From Lama glama (Eukaryota): DNA of 64,000 nucleotides. The stretch is from NCBI GenBank assembly GCA_028534125.1, contig CM052817.1:79424001-79488000 (forward strand), written 5' to 3'. Position 1 is the stretch's first letter; the number at the start of each line of letters is the position of its first letter. The notes below the pieces were generated by a model that searched no databases, had not been told where the DNA came from, and was given only the letters and a program-made list of their open reading frames with translations. The translations under genes and the position numbers were made by a program. Of the stretch, positions 26,463 to 39,099 are shown one piece after another.

Positions 26463-27834
26463 CTCTAAGAGCTTAAATGACTTGCTCCAAATTGCACAGC
26501 TTGTCAATGATGTTAACAACTCGAATCCAGATCCTTTAGCTATCTCAGAAAATAGGCTCACTGACTAGAAGTCTCTCTGCTTTTTAGACGGGGAAAAAAA
26601 GAAAAACAGGAAGGCAGGCTTCTTAGCTTCAATTTCAATTCTAAAATGCTTCAATTATGGAAGCACGGTAAGCGCAAGACCCCCAGAAGCAGCCTCCTGA
26701 GTGCAGCTGACAGGAGCGCCTCCTCCTCGCCACTAATCAGACAGCTCCCCTCCTCTGCCCCACGCGCTGCTCAGAGCTGAGGTGTGTCACCTGCAGGATG
26801 CTGATCTCGTCCCGCAGCACCATGGTGAGACTTACTCTCAGCCTGACCCCAGCCGTAATACTCGTCATGTATTACACCCCTTGGTGCTCTCGTGACTAAG
26901 GAAAATCTACATAACGTATTATCAGTTGGAAAAAAGAAATTTCATCATCATATCGTACCTTGATAGTGGCCTCTCTTTAAAATCTTTTTGGTGTTTACTG
27001 ACAGTATCTGCCCTGCTTACTGTACATACAGAGAATGCTTTAGAAACCCAACTACTCACCTTTTCTGCTTCAAAACAGGATTTAATGGTAAGCTGACAAT
27101 AACCTGAAAGACAGACTGGTGTTCTCAACAGGAAGCAGACCGTCAAAAGGATTTAAACAGGAGTAAGATGGCCAATCTGGGCACTTTCCCAAATTACTGT
27201 GTTAGGCCGTGGTATCCATTATTTTCTTTTTCTGTATGAATTCTCAGAAAATTGACAGCCATATCCCAGTATAAATATATACACTTATTAAAAAACTCAG
27301 TTAATTTTTGATCACCCTAAATTTTTAAATAAGGCCAGTTCTACCCTCTTGGTGTCAGTGCTGATAGCCAAGAACTGATCTACTTTAGTGTTAGAAAACA
27401 TGGTATGTAATTTCTTTCCCAAATATTACATGGAATACTAAGATCAATCATCCATTAGGCTTTCATGTGCTATAATTTCTCATGTATATTAATTATTAAT
27501 GAATTTGTCAAGAAAAAAAGGCAAAACACACATACACTACAATAAGATCTCTAAGTGATAACAGCTATAAGACAATTTATTTCATCATCATCATCCTTAC
27601 TAATAAAAGCCTATTAGAAACACACTGGGCTTGATTTTCTACTAAGCTATCAGGGAAATTTCTGCCAAGGTAGTAATTAATAGTAGAGAGAATCCGTGTG
27701 ACAGAGATTGTTTACCTGCATTAACTTTGTTTGAGTAAATTGAGATTGATAAAAATCAAACTTTGCGCCAGGTCATGAAGCCTTCCTAATATGTACAAAG
27801 CGTCCTGTGATTTATCTACCACTACAGATTCTGT

Positions 27835-28975
27835 TTTTAGGTTTTAATTTTGAAATAATTTAAGATTTATAGAAAAGTTACAGAAATACTGCAAAGACAA
27901 AAAAATTTCCACATACCCTTTCCCCAGATTCCTTACAAGTTAGCATTTTACATTTACTTTATCATTTTTTATAAATAAAGATAGATGGGTATAATCGTTT
28001 TTTTTTAATTGAAGTATAATCAGTTACAATGTATCAATTTCTGATGTACAGCACAATTTCCCAGTCACCTGTGTACATACATATATTCATTTTCATATTC
28101 TTCACCACTTGAGAATAAGTTATAGACACAGTGCTCCTTTGTCCCTAAGTGCTTCAGTGTGTACCTCCTGGAACCAAGGGTATTCTCTGTATAAACCCAG
28201 AACAGTTATCAAAATCAGGAAATTAACTTTGATACAGTTAAATTGGGAAATTAACTTTGATTTACAGATCTCATTCAAATTTTACCAGTTGTCTTACAAA
28301 CATCCTTTATAGGAAAAGAAAAAAAAAGATCTGGTTTGAGATTCAATCTAGGAAGCCAAATTGTGTTTGGTTTCCTTCCCTGTTTTGATCCCCTTTAACC
28401 TGAAATCTTCAGTCTAATGACTTGACACTTTTGAAGAGTCCAGGCCATTTATTTTGAGGAACATCCATTTGTAGATTCTGGCATTTCCTCATGATTAGAT
28501 TCACACTGTTTTGAGGTGCAGGAATACCACAGAGTGAGGTTTGGCCCCATCTCTGTGCATTATATCAAGGAGATACAAGATACCTATCTGTCCAATTATG
28601 GATATTAACCTTGAACTCTTAGTGAGGTAGTATCCACTGAGTTTTTCCACTGTAAATTTTCTGTATTTTCTTTGTCTTGTGTGGAGTTACATTGAGACTA
28701 TATAGCATCCTCTTTCTCATCAAACTTTCAACCAGTCATTTCTTGCCAGAAACAGTTATTAATATAGAGATTGCCAAACGGTGATTTTCTAATTTCATCA
28801 TTCCTTCTGCATGTATTACTGTATGGAAGAGCCTTTCTCTCCTTGCACATTTATTTGTTTACATTAGAAGCAGCATGAACTCTTTATTTTATTTAATGAC
28901 TTATAAACCATTATTATCATTGCTTATTTTGATGAATAAACTGTTCTAGTCTTGGCTAGTGGAAACCTTTCTGCA
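27835..28975 (-). mobile_element. Old L1MC 3' region with a short young L1 3' end nested at ~27998-28107
   Basis: ATAGAAAAGTTACAGAAATA, AAAATCAGGAAATTAAC; nested TTAATTGAAGTATAATCAGTTACAATG. Confidence 0.75.
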
Positions 28976-28999
28976 ACTTTTTGAGGTGAGCAGAAGGGT

Positions 29000-29860
29000 C
29001 ATCTGAACTGCTTGTAGTAATTCTGGCAGCACTGTAAAGGGTGGCTCAGAAATATGAGATAGGAGTTGGAGATAAACTATGAGAAATGAGGAGAGCATTG
29101 GGTATGGAAATGATCGGATGGATTTTAGTATCTCTGGGGAGGGGAGTCAATAGGATTTGGAAACTGGGTGCAGAGGTAAAGGAAAAAGAGGTTTGGGTCT
29201 GGATAACTGGGAAGGCAATGGTGCCACAGGCAGAAGCAGAGAATACAGAAGCAGAGGGGTTGCAATGAAGACAAGTTTAGCTTTCAACTTGTTGAGCTCA
29301 AGTCTGCAAGGATATATACATGTGAAAATGCCCAGCACTTGAAAATAGAGACCCAGAGCTCAAAAGAGAAATAATCATAGAGGAGTAGACTTGGGAATTG
29401 TCAAAGACTGAGGCTTTGGAAGTTAATGAGCTTATGTAGTAGGAGGGTAAAGCCAAAACAGAAGTGAAGAGGGCCAATTTTAGGGGATGCCTACAATTAG
29501 CAAGTCAGTGGTGGAGTAAGGGAAACACACTACAGAAAGTAAGCCTATCAAAGAGCGCTTTTTGATATGCCATCAAAACCTAGATAAAAAACAATTTCCA
29601 AAAGGAAGGAGTAGTACATGGAGCCAAATTCTGAGATTGAATAAAGGATGAGGCCCAAAACTTGACATCAGTGTCATCTTTAAGAGATCTCAATAGATCA
29701 GTGTGGATAGAAACCAATTTACAGGTGAGTAAGGTTCAGTGAGAAACTAAAACGGTAAATATAATCTATAATTTTAAAATGTTTGGCTGTAAAAAGAAGG
29801 CAGTGTCTTGGATGAAGCACGAGGAAGAGGATTTTTCTTAGGATGGAGGATGTAGCCATT
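29000..29860 (+). mobile_element. L2 fragment
   Basis: Purine-rich degenerate L2 3' region. Confidence 0.6.
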
Positions 29861-29910
29861 GCTTTAGTCCAAAGGACATAACAGGGCACAAGATAAAGAA
29901 TACAAGGGTT

Positions 29911-30360
29911 TGTATTTGGAAAGCAGAAAGATGGGTGGATGGATAGGTAGATAGGTAGACAGAAAGATAGAAGAGATTTACTATACAAAATTAATTCATG
30001 TGATTATGGAGACTGAGAAAACCAAGACCTACAGTCAGCAAACTGGAAAGGAGACCCAGGAGAGCCAATGGTGTAAATTCTAGTCTGAGTCCAAAGGCAG
30101 GAGAAGACTGGTGTTGCAGATCAAGGACAGCCAGGCAGAGGGAGAGAATTTTTTCTTACTCAGCCTTTTATTCTATTCAGGCCTTCAGTGGATTGGACAA
30201 AGCCCACCCACATTGGTGATGGCAATATGCTTTACTCAGTCAACTGACTCAAATGTTAATCTCATCCAGAAACACCCTCACAGAGACACCCAGAAATGTG
30301 TAACCAAACATTTGGGCGCACTACGGCCCATCCAAGTTAACACATAAAATTAACCATTAT
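29911..30360 (-). mobile_element. MLT2 ERVL LTR
   Basis: GATTATGGAGACTGAGAA...AAATGTTAATCTCATCCAGAAACACCCTCACAGA...CACATAAAATTAACCAT is the reverse of the MLT2 start. Confidence 0.88.
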
Positions 30361-32834
30361 GGTTGTCGACTAAAAATCTGAGAGCATAAAGCTCTATGAA
30401 TAAAATATTTGAACAAGCAGCACTTTCTTAGACTCTTCCTATGAAGATAATTTCCTCTTAGATGGCTTTAACATAGATGGAAATAAAAATTAGACTTGGA
30501 TAATTTACACATTTTCAGAATTACAAGGTTACCTAAATGAGACCATTAATAAAGGCAAGACTGTGAAAAAGACAGTACTTCCCATAATACTCAGTGTCCT
30601 TAATGTATGTAAAAGACATGAAGAGTTCAGTGACAGGCAGCAACCTCCTGTGTCAGGAGAATCATCTTGGTTCTGTTTATATGTCATCATCCATCAATGT
30701 ATGAGCAAGTGGACAGAGACAAGAGATGTCCATTTTCAGCTAATAGGTTTTGTCATTTTAGAATACATTCAATTTTTTTCTAACTCAGTGTTGGACTTTT
30801 AAATTTATTGCTCTAAACTCAGTCCTGTTAGGCAATTTTAATGTACTCAACAACTTTTGAGTAGTAAACAAGTAGGAACCATCGAACTGCTACTCTATGC
30901 CTTGTCCATGCTCTGTATAGGGTCATGTTCAAAGAAGCACAGCCCTAACCATCCCGCCTCCAATCACTTCCCAGGTGTCGGATTTTTGTTTTTAGCAAGT
31001 GGGTACAAAATTCATTTGAAACTCTTCTTTTGGAAAACGTTTAGTCTTCATTTAGAAAATTCTGTTTTCACGTTTTTTAAGTAGGCGGTTATGAGATTTT
31101 CTTAACAAGACAACAGTCACCTTATTTTTGGTTCTAAAGGTAATGTAAGTGGTGATATTTCTTCATATCTGTTTTCAAAATGTCTCTGAAAAGTTCTTTT
31201 CTGATTCATTTTTTTTCAAACATCACCTTTCCTTTGGCACAGATGGATTAGACTTTTTTTAAAGTAAGTGCTACAGTCAGGTATGATTAGATGTGATTAT
31301 TTTAACCTCTTCAAGTGGCCCAGGGAAGCCTGTGCTACAAGTGAAGGATTTCTCTCTGACATTTTGTTTTCATTCACTTGTGCTTGTTATATGGATTATT
31401 TCTATCTTTGATCTGAGGCTTCTCTGCATGAATATTTTTGCGGCCACCTGTCCATTTTATGAAGACTAGTTAAAACTAGAGGATGCAATCTATAAAGCCA
31501 CTCATTTGGGCACACAGAAAACTAAACTTTGCATGTGCTGCAAACAAGTATGTGAGAATACCAAGTTGCAGCCTTTCTCCCTGCCCCCCCCCAAATGATC
31601 CTACCCTCTCCTCAGGATATAACCTATACCAGACCTGACATAGAGCCATCCGACAGAGAACCAGAGACAATCTCCATGCTAAATCGTAGAATCACTTATT
31701 GTTTTCATCCCCCGCCCCTCGCTGGGAATTTAGCTTCATCTTGGAGTCACTGCTGGATCCATCCCTGTGAGGCCAAGGAAAATTCCAACTGTCAATCACA
31801 GCAGAGACACTTACCCGTCACAGCCTTCAGAGTGAAGCAACATCAGGGCCAACAAGCCGTCCTTTGTCTAATGTTGCCATTGTCTCGTAACTGATGCACA
31901 ATTTTGCAGTGGAACCTCTGTCTCTTTACTCTGCCTTACCCAGAGCTCTCCGCCTACATAGGAGTGGGTGGTAGGAAATAAGGACTCAAGGAAAAGGGAA
32001 AAGAAAATCCTGTCCTACCTCATCATCAAGGCCCAGCATTTAGCATGTGCTCCACATTAAGTTGTCATAGTGATGTGCTGTTGACCTTTTTTGTGATCTC
32101 ATTGACTGTTAGGTCCCTCTTAGTCTGTGGCAGGCACAGAATCAAATTTGGCCTGAAAGACCCCCCTCCAGCCCTGACATCCCTTGATGCTATGAATTTG
32201 CGTCCTTGGCGAACGCTGCCCCCACTTGCCTGCAGTACTGTTCCTGGGTGACGTGCGTGGGTCCAAGTCCTCACTTGCCCCCATGTCTCACTCTATCTTT
32301 TGCGGGATACAATGAGCACTTCAAAAGATGAGCCTGAAAATGGATATTCGTGAGAATTAGAAACAAATCACTGCAGGGAACTAACAACATAAAAAGACTT
32401 CAGACTGTGAGGAACTGAAGCAACAGTTCCTGTTGTGATGTACACAATGGACACAGCATGTGAGCAGCTATAAAAAACACTGGAGGAAAAAAAGGGTATC
32501 TATGAAAAACAACTTAAAAAATAACCACAGAGCTCTCAAATGCCTCGTGCGCAGAGAGTATAACCACCGCAGGAAAGTCTCTGGGGTCAAGAGAGGGAAT
32601 CTGTAGCATATACGTTCAAAGTTGGAGCCCAGAGTAAACTCTGCCGGGCCTTGCCTGTCTCATGATGACCACAGATCCCTCTCAGTGAGCCCAGAGGGCT
32701 TCTGGCTTCTCTCAACCCCTGAGAACTACACGGCCAAGGTTTCTACGTCCATCCCAATGTCATTTAATGGTAGAAAACTGGATGAGGAGGATGAGCAATC
32801 CAGACTCAGTCCTCCATCTAAAATAAGGCGTTTA

Positions 32835-33076
32835 AATTTGCAGATACTAACTAAGATACATGAAATAGATAAACCACAAGTTTATATTGTATAGCACAGG
32901 GAACCATACTCAATAACTTTATAGTAACCTATGGTGAAAAAGAATATGAAAACGAACATATGTATGTTCCTATATGATTGAAGCATTGTGCTGTACACCA
33001 GAAATTGACACAACATTGTGAACTGTCTATACTTCAGTAAAAATATATTATAAATAAATTAAATAAATGAATAAAT
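32835..33076 (+). mobile_element. 5'-truncated young L1 3' end with 14-bp TSD
   Basis: GTATAGCACAGGGAAC...GCTGTACACCAGAAATTGACACAACATTG, (TAAA)n tail; TSD AAATAAGGCGTTTA (32821-32834) / AAATAAGGCATTTA (33077-33090), one CpG-type mismatch. Confidence 0.9.
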
Positions 33077-33389
33077 AAATAAGGCATTTACTTCTAGACT
33101 ATAGTGTGTTAACAAAGTCAAACTTGTGACATTATGCATAGAGCTGATTAATAAATCATTACATTGTCACCATATTATTTTTCAAATGTAAACCTACCTT
33201 GGCATCCTAAGACAAGATTACTCTGAATTGAGTGAAGGATGAAAATAAAAGTATAAGCCTAGAATCATCATTTAATATCATGTATGCCAATCCTTGCTAT
33301 AAAGTGGCAGGGAACTTGGCTGAATTCTTGTTTTGTGGAAGATAGGACTTGTGAGTGACAAATTTGGATATTTATTACAGGAGACTTCT

Positions 33390-33530
33390 TAAAATTTTTA
33401 ATTAAAAAAAAATTATTGGGGGAGGCAGTTAGGTTTACCTTTATTTTTTTAAAGAAGGTACTGGGGATTGAACCCAGGACCTCATACATGCCAAGCAGGC
33501 ACTCTACCACTGGGCTATAACCTCCCCACC
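33390..33530 (-). mobile_element. tRNA-Ala-derived camelid SINE
   Basis: GGTACTGGGGATTGAACCCAGGACCTC...CTCTACCACTGGGCTATA; degenerate TSD ATTACAG...TTCT. Confidence 0.88.
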
Positions 33531-33764
33531 ATTACAGATGATTTCTAAGCAAAGTATTGAAGGTGGGGCTTGAGCCTCCTTAAAAAAAAATAAGTTATAT
33601 ATGCCAAAAAGAGGTTATTTTAATTAAGGATCACATTCCTCTTGGGAAAAACTTTTTTTAAAAGTCACATTTAACAGATAAATCTGATAGTGATCCAGAA
33701 CTTCCTTTTGCTATTGAAAGAATAGCTCTTCCCAATTGGCTAACTAATAAGAAGTTTATTACAC

Positions 33765-34193
33765 TGTGAGCTGGCCTTGAGATGAGTTAAGGCCGTGGGA
33801 CCCAAGGCCACGGTCAGAGCCTTGAGATGAGTTAAGACCGTGGGACCCAAGGCCACGACTACAGACCACGTTTGTAGTATGCAGTAAATAATTGCTCCAC
33901 GCATGCGTCAATTATATAAGATTTAAAACAAAGAAAATAGAAGTACACATGTGCTAGAGATATTCTGTAAGCCTAATGAACAAAGAAGCTCAGACCGCAC
34001 ATGTGCTGACAGAAAACAGATAGAAGCAGGACAGGTGCATCATAGGTACGCACCTCCCTGTGGCAATAAAGTGTTGTTAACCCCATGGTGTCTCCGGCTG
34101 AAGTCTGTCCGGCGGTATGGCAACTCCTCGTGCATTTTTTTCATTTGGGCCGCTCACCTCCTAGAACCCCACGTCAGCCTCCCTCGGCTGACG
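33765..34193 (+). mobile_element. Young solo LTR (ERV2/ERVK-like architecture)
   Basis: TG start, 39-bp U3 direct repeat, AATAAA at ~34065, terminal hairpin, TSD TACAC (33760-33764 / 34194-34198), many intact CpGs. Confidence 0.75.
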
Positions 34194-34349
34194 TACACTC
34201 AGTCTGTTTTATAATCATTGTAATCGTGACCTCTAGATTGTAAAGTCCTGGAGGGCAGTACCTGCATATTTTGTTCAGTGATTTAACAATGTTCAGCTGT
34301 TATAGTATTAAATAAGCTGGTATAGTATTAAATAAGCAAGGAATTTTTA

Positions 34350-34670
34350 TATCACTTAGAATGTTTTCAGCTGGATTTAGTAGAAAGCTCATCTCAACCT
34401 GCTCAAGCATTAGAGATATGTATTATCTCACATAACAAGTAGTCCAGAGTTAAGAAGTTATCAAGTGGCTCAATCACATTATCAAAGACCCACGTTCTTT
34501 CTTACTGTCCTCAGAATGTCAGCTTTTACTCAAAGGCCAGCTCCCTTCATGGTTGTAAGATGGCTACCAAGTCCCAGGCATCATGTGCAGATCAAAGTCT
34601 GATAGATAATGTGGCCATGTCTTCCCATGTATCTCTTTCTTAGAAAGAGAAGCATTTTTCCAGGAGTCTC
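34350..34670 (-). mobile_element. Old MaLR LTR (MLT1J/K/L-like)
   Basis: TTATCTCACATAACAAGTAGTCCAGAG, CATGGTTGTAAGATGGCT. Confidence 0.6.
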
Positions 34671-35748
34671 TGTGTTACTACAAACCAGCCAAATATCAGC
34701 CCAGACTCAGGAATCTCAGCACTTGGCAGCTGGGCTGAGAGAGGAATGGCCAAATGTAGTGCAGATCTGAATCGCCTCCAGTCTGGATCTACTTGAGACC
34801 AGCACCATGGATTTGAGCACTTTTACAACTCAGCCCTGGGAGCTAGGGACAGTGAGCACGCTGCTTACCAGTGTATCCCTCATGTTCCCTCGTCTGTTGA
34901 ATGCACAGTACCTTTTTGGTTTTTACCAGTTTGCCATTTTTCTCCATTCTGTCATTCCTGGAATGCCTACGTTCCACCTGTTCCCAGGTGTCTTTGTTCA
35001 CTGCTGAGTCCGTGTTGCCTGGAATGGTGCTGGCCAAGTAGGAGAGGCTCAGTGATTGGGTCACTGTGGCTTCCAAGAAAGAGGAGAGGTAGCTTATGCA
35101 GAGAAATGAAGTGAGGGGAAATCTGAAGGGACATCACTGGAATTCTGATGCTATCCTGAGGGAAGGCATTCCTTGTATGGAAATCGGCTCTAGAGGACAG
35201 CACCCCGGGACGTCCCATTCTCTTCTCAAATGGCAAGATTGTGCAAGTCAAAGAGAATCTTAGTTAGCCAGGTGTGGTAAGAAAAGGTCAGTGGGTGACT
35301 CATGCTTTTGCATTCGCCTCAGTTTTATCTGTAAACAACAGTCAGTTCTTTTTGACAGAGGAAGGAAATTGCCCAGCTCCTAGATAAACTGGACTGCCTT
35401 ATTCTCATCCCCAACTGTTTCCTCAGCTCTGCCAGTGTGAACAAGAACCCCTCCCCTACAACCCTAACATGTGCTTCTCTTACTCCGTCCTCATCAAGTG
35501 CACTTGTCCTTGGACTGACAACTTACTGAGTCATGTATTGCTTTAATGCTTTTATTCTGCTCTATGTCCACATCCAACTGTCTCAGATTCTAACTTCCAG
35601 GAAAGCAAGAAATGAGTCTACATAGCTGTCATCTTAAGCAGCCATGCAAACACCAGGTACAGTTATGCACTTCACAGGTTTTTAAAAATGATGGTGAGGG
35701 ACACTGAAATCCGAAGCATAAGGTCATAATAATAATCACTTCTCTAAA

Positions 35749-36253
35749 CAGGGATTCTTTATCAGGGATTCATAAACTTGAGTGGGAAAAAAGTTACTTT
35801 TTTTTTACTATCTCTAACTGAAATCTATTAATTTCTGCAATTAATAATGCAGGCAACAAGTCACAGAAGAATCAGCTGTACATGGGACTTTGTCTCCAAT
35901 AGAGATGACAGATCCTTTCACATCACATTACAGTTACTGTAGCTAGTTCAAAATAATGTTTGCGCATCACTACTTTCAGAATTCCAGTGGAATCCATATT
36001 TTACCAAAATAAAAAGATTTCAGTAGTTATTATGCTTGCCACTAAATCTTGCTATTTGATGTGTTAATAGAGAAGTATATGCATTATAAATTAGTTTTTT
36101 AAATATAGTTTGATAGCTATGTTTACTATCATTGAATATTTCCTTAGAAATTCTATGTATTCTGTTTTTCAAAACATATTTTGAGAAGCAGTTTATAAGC
36201 TTGGACTGTCAAAGTGTCCATGGCACACACACACCAGAAGGGAAGCTTCCCTT
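35749..36253 (+). mobile_element. hAT-Charlie element (Charlie4-like)
   Basis: CAGGGATTCTT start; GGGAAAAAAGTTAC, CTTTGTCTCCAATAGA, CACATTACAGTT; end GTCCATGGCACA. Confidence 0.65.
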
Positions 36254-37248
36254 GATCTAAGCAATGTGCTTTACATAACTATTGAATCCTTAAAATAACC
36301 TTGTGAGCTAGAGATTATCATTCACCATAGTACAGGTTATGACACCAACCCTTAGAGCGATTGGTAATGTACCCAAAGTCAAAACACACACCCAAAAGGC
36401 AGCAAAGTCGGAATTAATCAGTTTAAGTCCAAAACCCATGCCTGAATCACCACACTATATCATATTTTCTGGGTATGGTGAGATTTGTGTGCAATTATCT
36501 TATTAATTAAGAGAGTGCTAATTTCTGGTGTGAAAGGAGAGCTTAAACATACTATCAGTATAAAAAGTGACTTGTTATTACTGAGACTTAGAAGTTACAC
36601 TTCAGATTACAGAAGTGATACAGGGATGAAGTGGTAGAACAAAGCAGGACCACAGAATCTTGCTCCTCTAATATCTAATTAAATGAATTAAAAATCAGTC
36701 TAAGAGTCAGGCAGTAATACTCATCTCTTGTTATGCAGCAGATACTGGTCTAGGCTCTGGGGCTATGGCAGTAAAACCAGAGTCCCTGCTCTCATTTCAC
36801 ACCAGCCCCAAATTCGACCTGCAGCAAGTGAATAGGGAAAGAGGAATAACCTCATGGAACAAGCTGGCTCTCCAGGAAAGAAGATCCTGCTAGAATGAGG
36901 TTCATTCAGACTCCAGACCCTGTGCCCACCCCCTAGAAGTAGTGCTCAGCACAGAGGATGAGGGTTCTCCTTAAATGGTGGCTGGAAGGTTGAGCAGGCA
37001 GGTCTGGGAAGTCCAAGAAAAGACCTGGTGACTTCGGCTCCTATGTACCATCATAGGACCTCTAACTGGCACTGGGGTTCACCATTTTTCAGGGCACAAA
37101 AAAATGCTTGAGTTGAGGTTTTTGCTGCTTCATTCCTTTGACAAATATTTCTAAAGCACAGACCCAAATGATAAGCCATTTATTCTAGGATCAGACAGGA
37201 GAGGTTTTAGGCTGAGGAAACAGGAAGTACAAGAACAGATTTGAAGCA

Positions 37249-37779
37249 TATGATGGTTAATTTTATGTATCAGCTTGGCTGGGCTCTTGGCTGGGCTGTA
37301 GTACCTAATTATTTAATCAGACACTAATTTACATGTTGCTGTGAAGGTATTTGGCAGATGTGATTAACATCTACAATCAGTTAACCTGACGTAAAGGAGA
37401 TTACCCCGGAAAACGTGGGTGGGTCTCATCCAAGCAGTTTGAAGGCTGGGAGAACAAAAACAGGTTTCCTAGGAAAGAAAGAATTTTGCCTCAAGACTAC
37501 AGTATTAACTTCTGCTTATGTTTCCAGCCTGCCCTATGGATTTTGGACATGTCAGCTCAGTTGTATGAATCAGTTCCTTAAAATATATATGAACTGAGAG
37601 ATTCAGAGACAGAGAAAGTGAGAGAGATGTTAATATATGTTTATAAATACATATACATACACAGACACACACTCCATCTGAGCATCTACCCAGCACCTGA
37701 AGAACCCAGCCTGTAAGAGTTGCTGCCTAGGGGTAGCATATCATATCGATTGTTTCTCTGCAGAACGCTTACTGATACA
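37249..37779 (+). mobile_element. MLT2 ERVL LTR inserted in an L2
   Basis: TATGATGGTTAATTTTATGTATCAGCTTGG start; TGTTTCTCTGCAGAAC...CTGATACA end. Confidence 0.88.
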
Positions 37780-37842
37780 GAGGGTTTGAGGAACAAAAGG
37801 AAGGCCATTGTTCCTGGGGCACAGTGAAGGTGGAGTGGGGGT

Positions 37843-38391
37843 TGTTGTGGGACACAAGAGGCGGCCCACACAGGGACATGGTGGTGCGCACAGGTTAGTA
37901 AAAGAATTTACCAGAGATAAAATACGGGAATAGAAAGGAGTCTATTAGGGTACACTGTCATAGACAACAGAGGGTCACACAGATGTGAGGTGTCTGTATG
38001 AGCGCCAAGGTGAAGAGCAAGGGAAAAGTTCCATAGTTACGCTGCTGTAGGCAACAGCGGGCCACACAGGTGAGGGGTGCCTGCATGCACACCAAGGGCC
38101 GGTTGATGGGGTGTTTTGTAAGGTCGGGTCACAAGGTGCCTGATTGGCTTGTGCACAAGTCTGATTGGTTGCAGGTGAGGTAGAAGTTTAGCGTCTGTGA
38201 AGGGTGGTGGGGTTTTGACTGATAAAGTAGGCTGAAACAAGCCAGCCTGAGCATTACCTAGGGCTATTAGTTTGTTAGGGGAAACATGCCCAGTAAAGAA
38301 TGTTCTTCATCTGTTGAGGGATCACAGGCAGACATCTGAGAGCCCAGAAATGGGGGTTGTTGGACTTTGAAGGACATCAGTGGGCCCAACA
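37843..38391 (-). mobile_element. Solo LTR (ERV1-like)
   Basis: TGTTG...CAACA inverted termini; repeated CTGATTGG (CCAAT boxes on the minus strand) at ~38140 and ~38161. Confidence 0.65.
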
Positions 38392-38395
38392 GGGG

Positions 38396-38931
38396 TGTTA
38401 CCCCAAAAGGTAAAAACCTCTGTTCTTGTCATACCTCAAAGACAAGTTTACAGTCAGGAGATGGTACGTTGTGTAGTGAAAGGTTTTAAAAGATTCATTT
38501 GAGAAAAGGAAAAGTGCACGTCCAAGAACCAGAGGCAGGCTGATGCAAGGGAGGAAAAGCAGTGAGTTTTGTCTCCCCTTTCTCTTACACCCTTGCTTAG
38601 AGGTGGTCTATTGATAGATTGACGGCTCTTATCCCTGGAGTGCTTAGTCATGCTTAACCCCTTTGTGCATGTCCTTACCGGTGGTGTGCATAGAAAACCC
38701 AAAGGGGAAGCCTAAATTGCATTATAATACAATGAGCATTGGGTCCTGCCCGGTTAAGCCCTTTCTGCCACCGTGCAGTCGTGGCGGTCACGTTCTAACC
38801 GGTTTCTTGCTGGCACTCATTGAGAAGTAAAGTCCCTTTATGCTGGAGGCGGGCATAACGCCATCTTCCGGACCATCCTCCCTCTCCTTCACCTATCTGC
38901 CCGGTGCCCCCATGTATCTAACTACCTAATA
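38396..38931 (-). mobile_element. Second, different solo LTR (ERV1, MER4-group-like)
   Basis: TGTTA...TAATA termini; right end TATCTAACTACCTAATA is the reverse of a T(G/A)TTAGGTAGTTAGA LTR start. Confidence 0.65.
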
Positions 38932-39099
38932 GCGTAATGGCTTGGTGGGAGAGTGATACGCGATGACAAAAGAGAGGTAGGGAGCGGGGCCAGACTACCT
39001 CAGGCCTTGTAGATTCCACAAAACAGAAATCACAGGAGAGAGAACGAACAACAGGATAAGTGAGGAAAGAAATCAGACTTTTACAGGTCTGATAATAAA

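Noticed and set aside
32622..32894. 90-aa ORF with an NLS-like SPPSKIRRL
   Set aside because: Non-ATG start, reads through an L1 TSD into L1 3' UTR, no recognisable homology.
33774..33857. CRISPR-like direct repeats
   Set aside because: Only two units with a 6-bp gap, inside a mammalian LTR; no spacers or cas genes.
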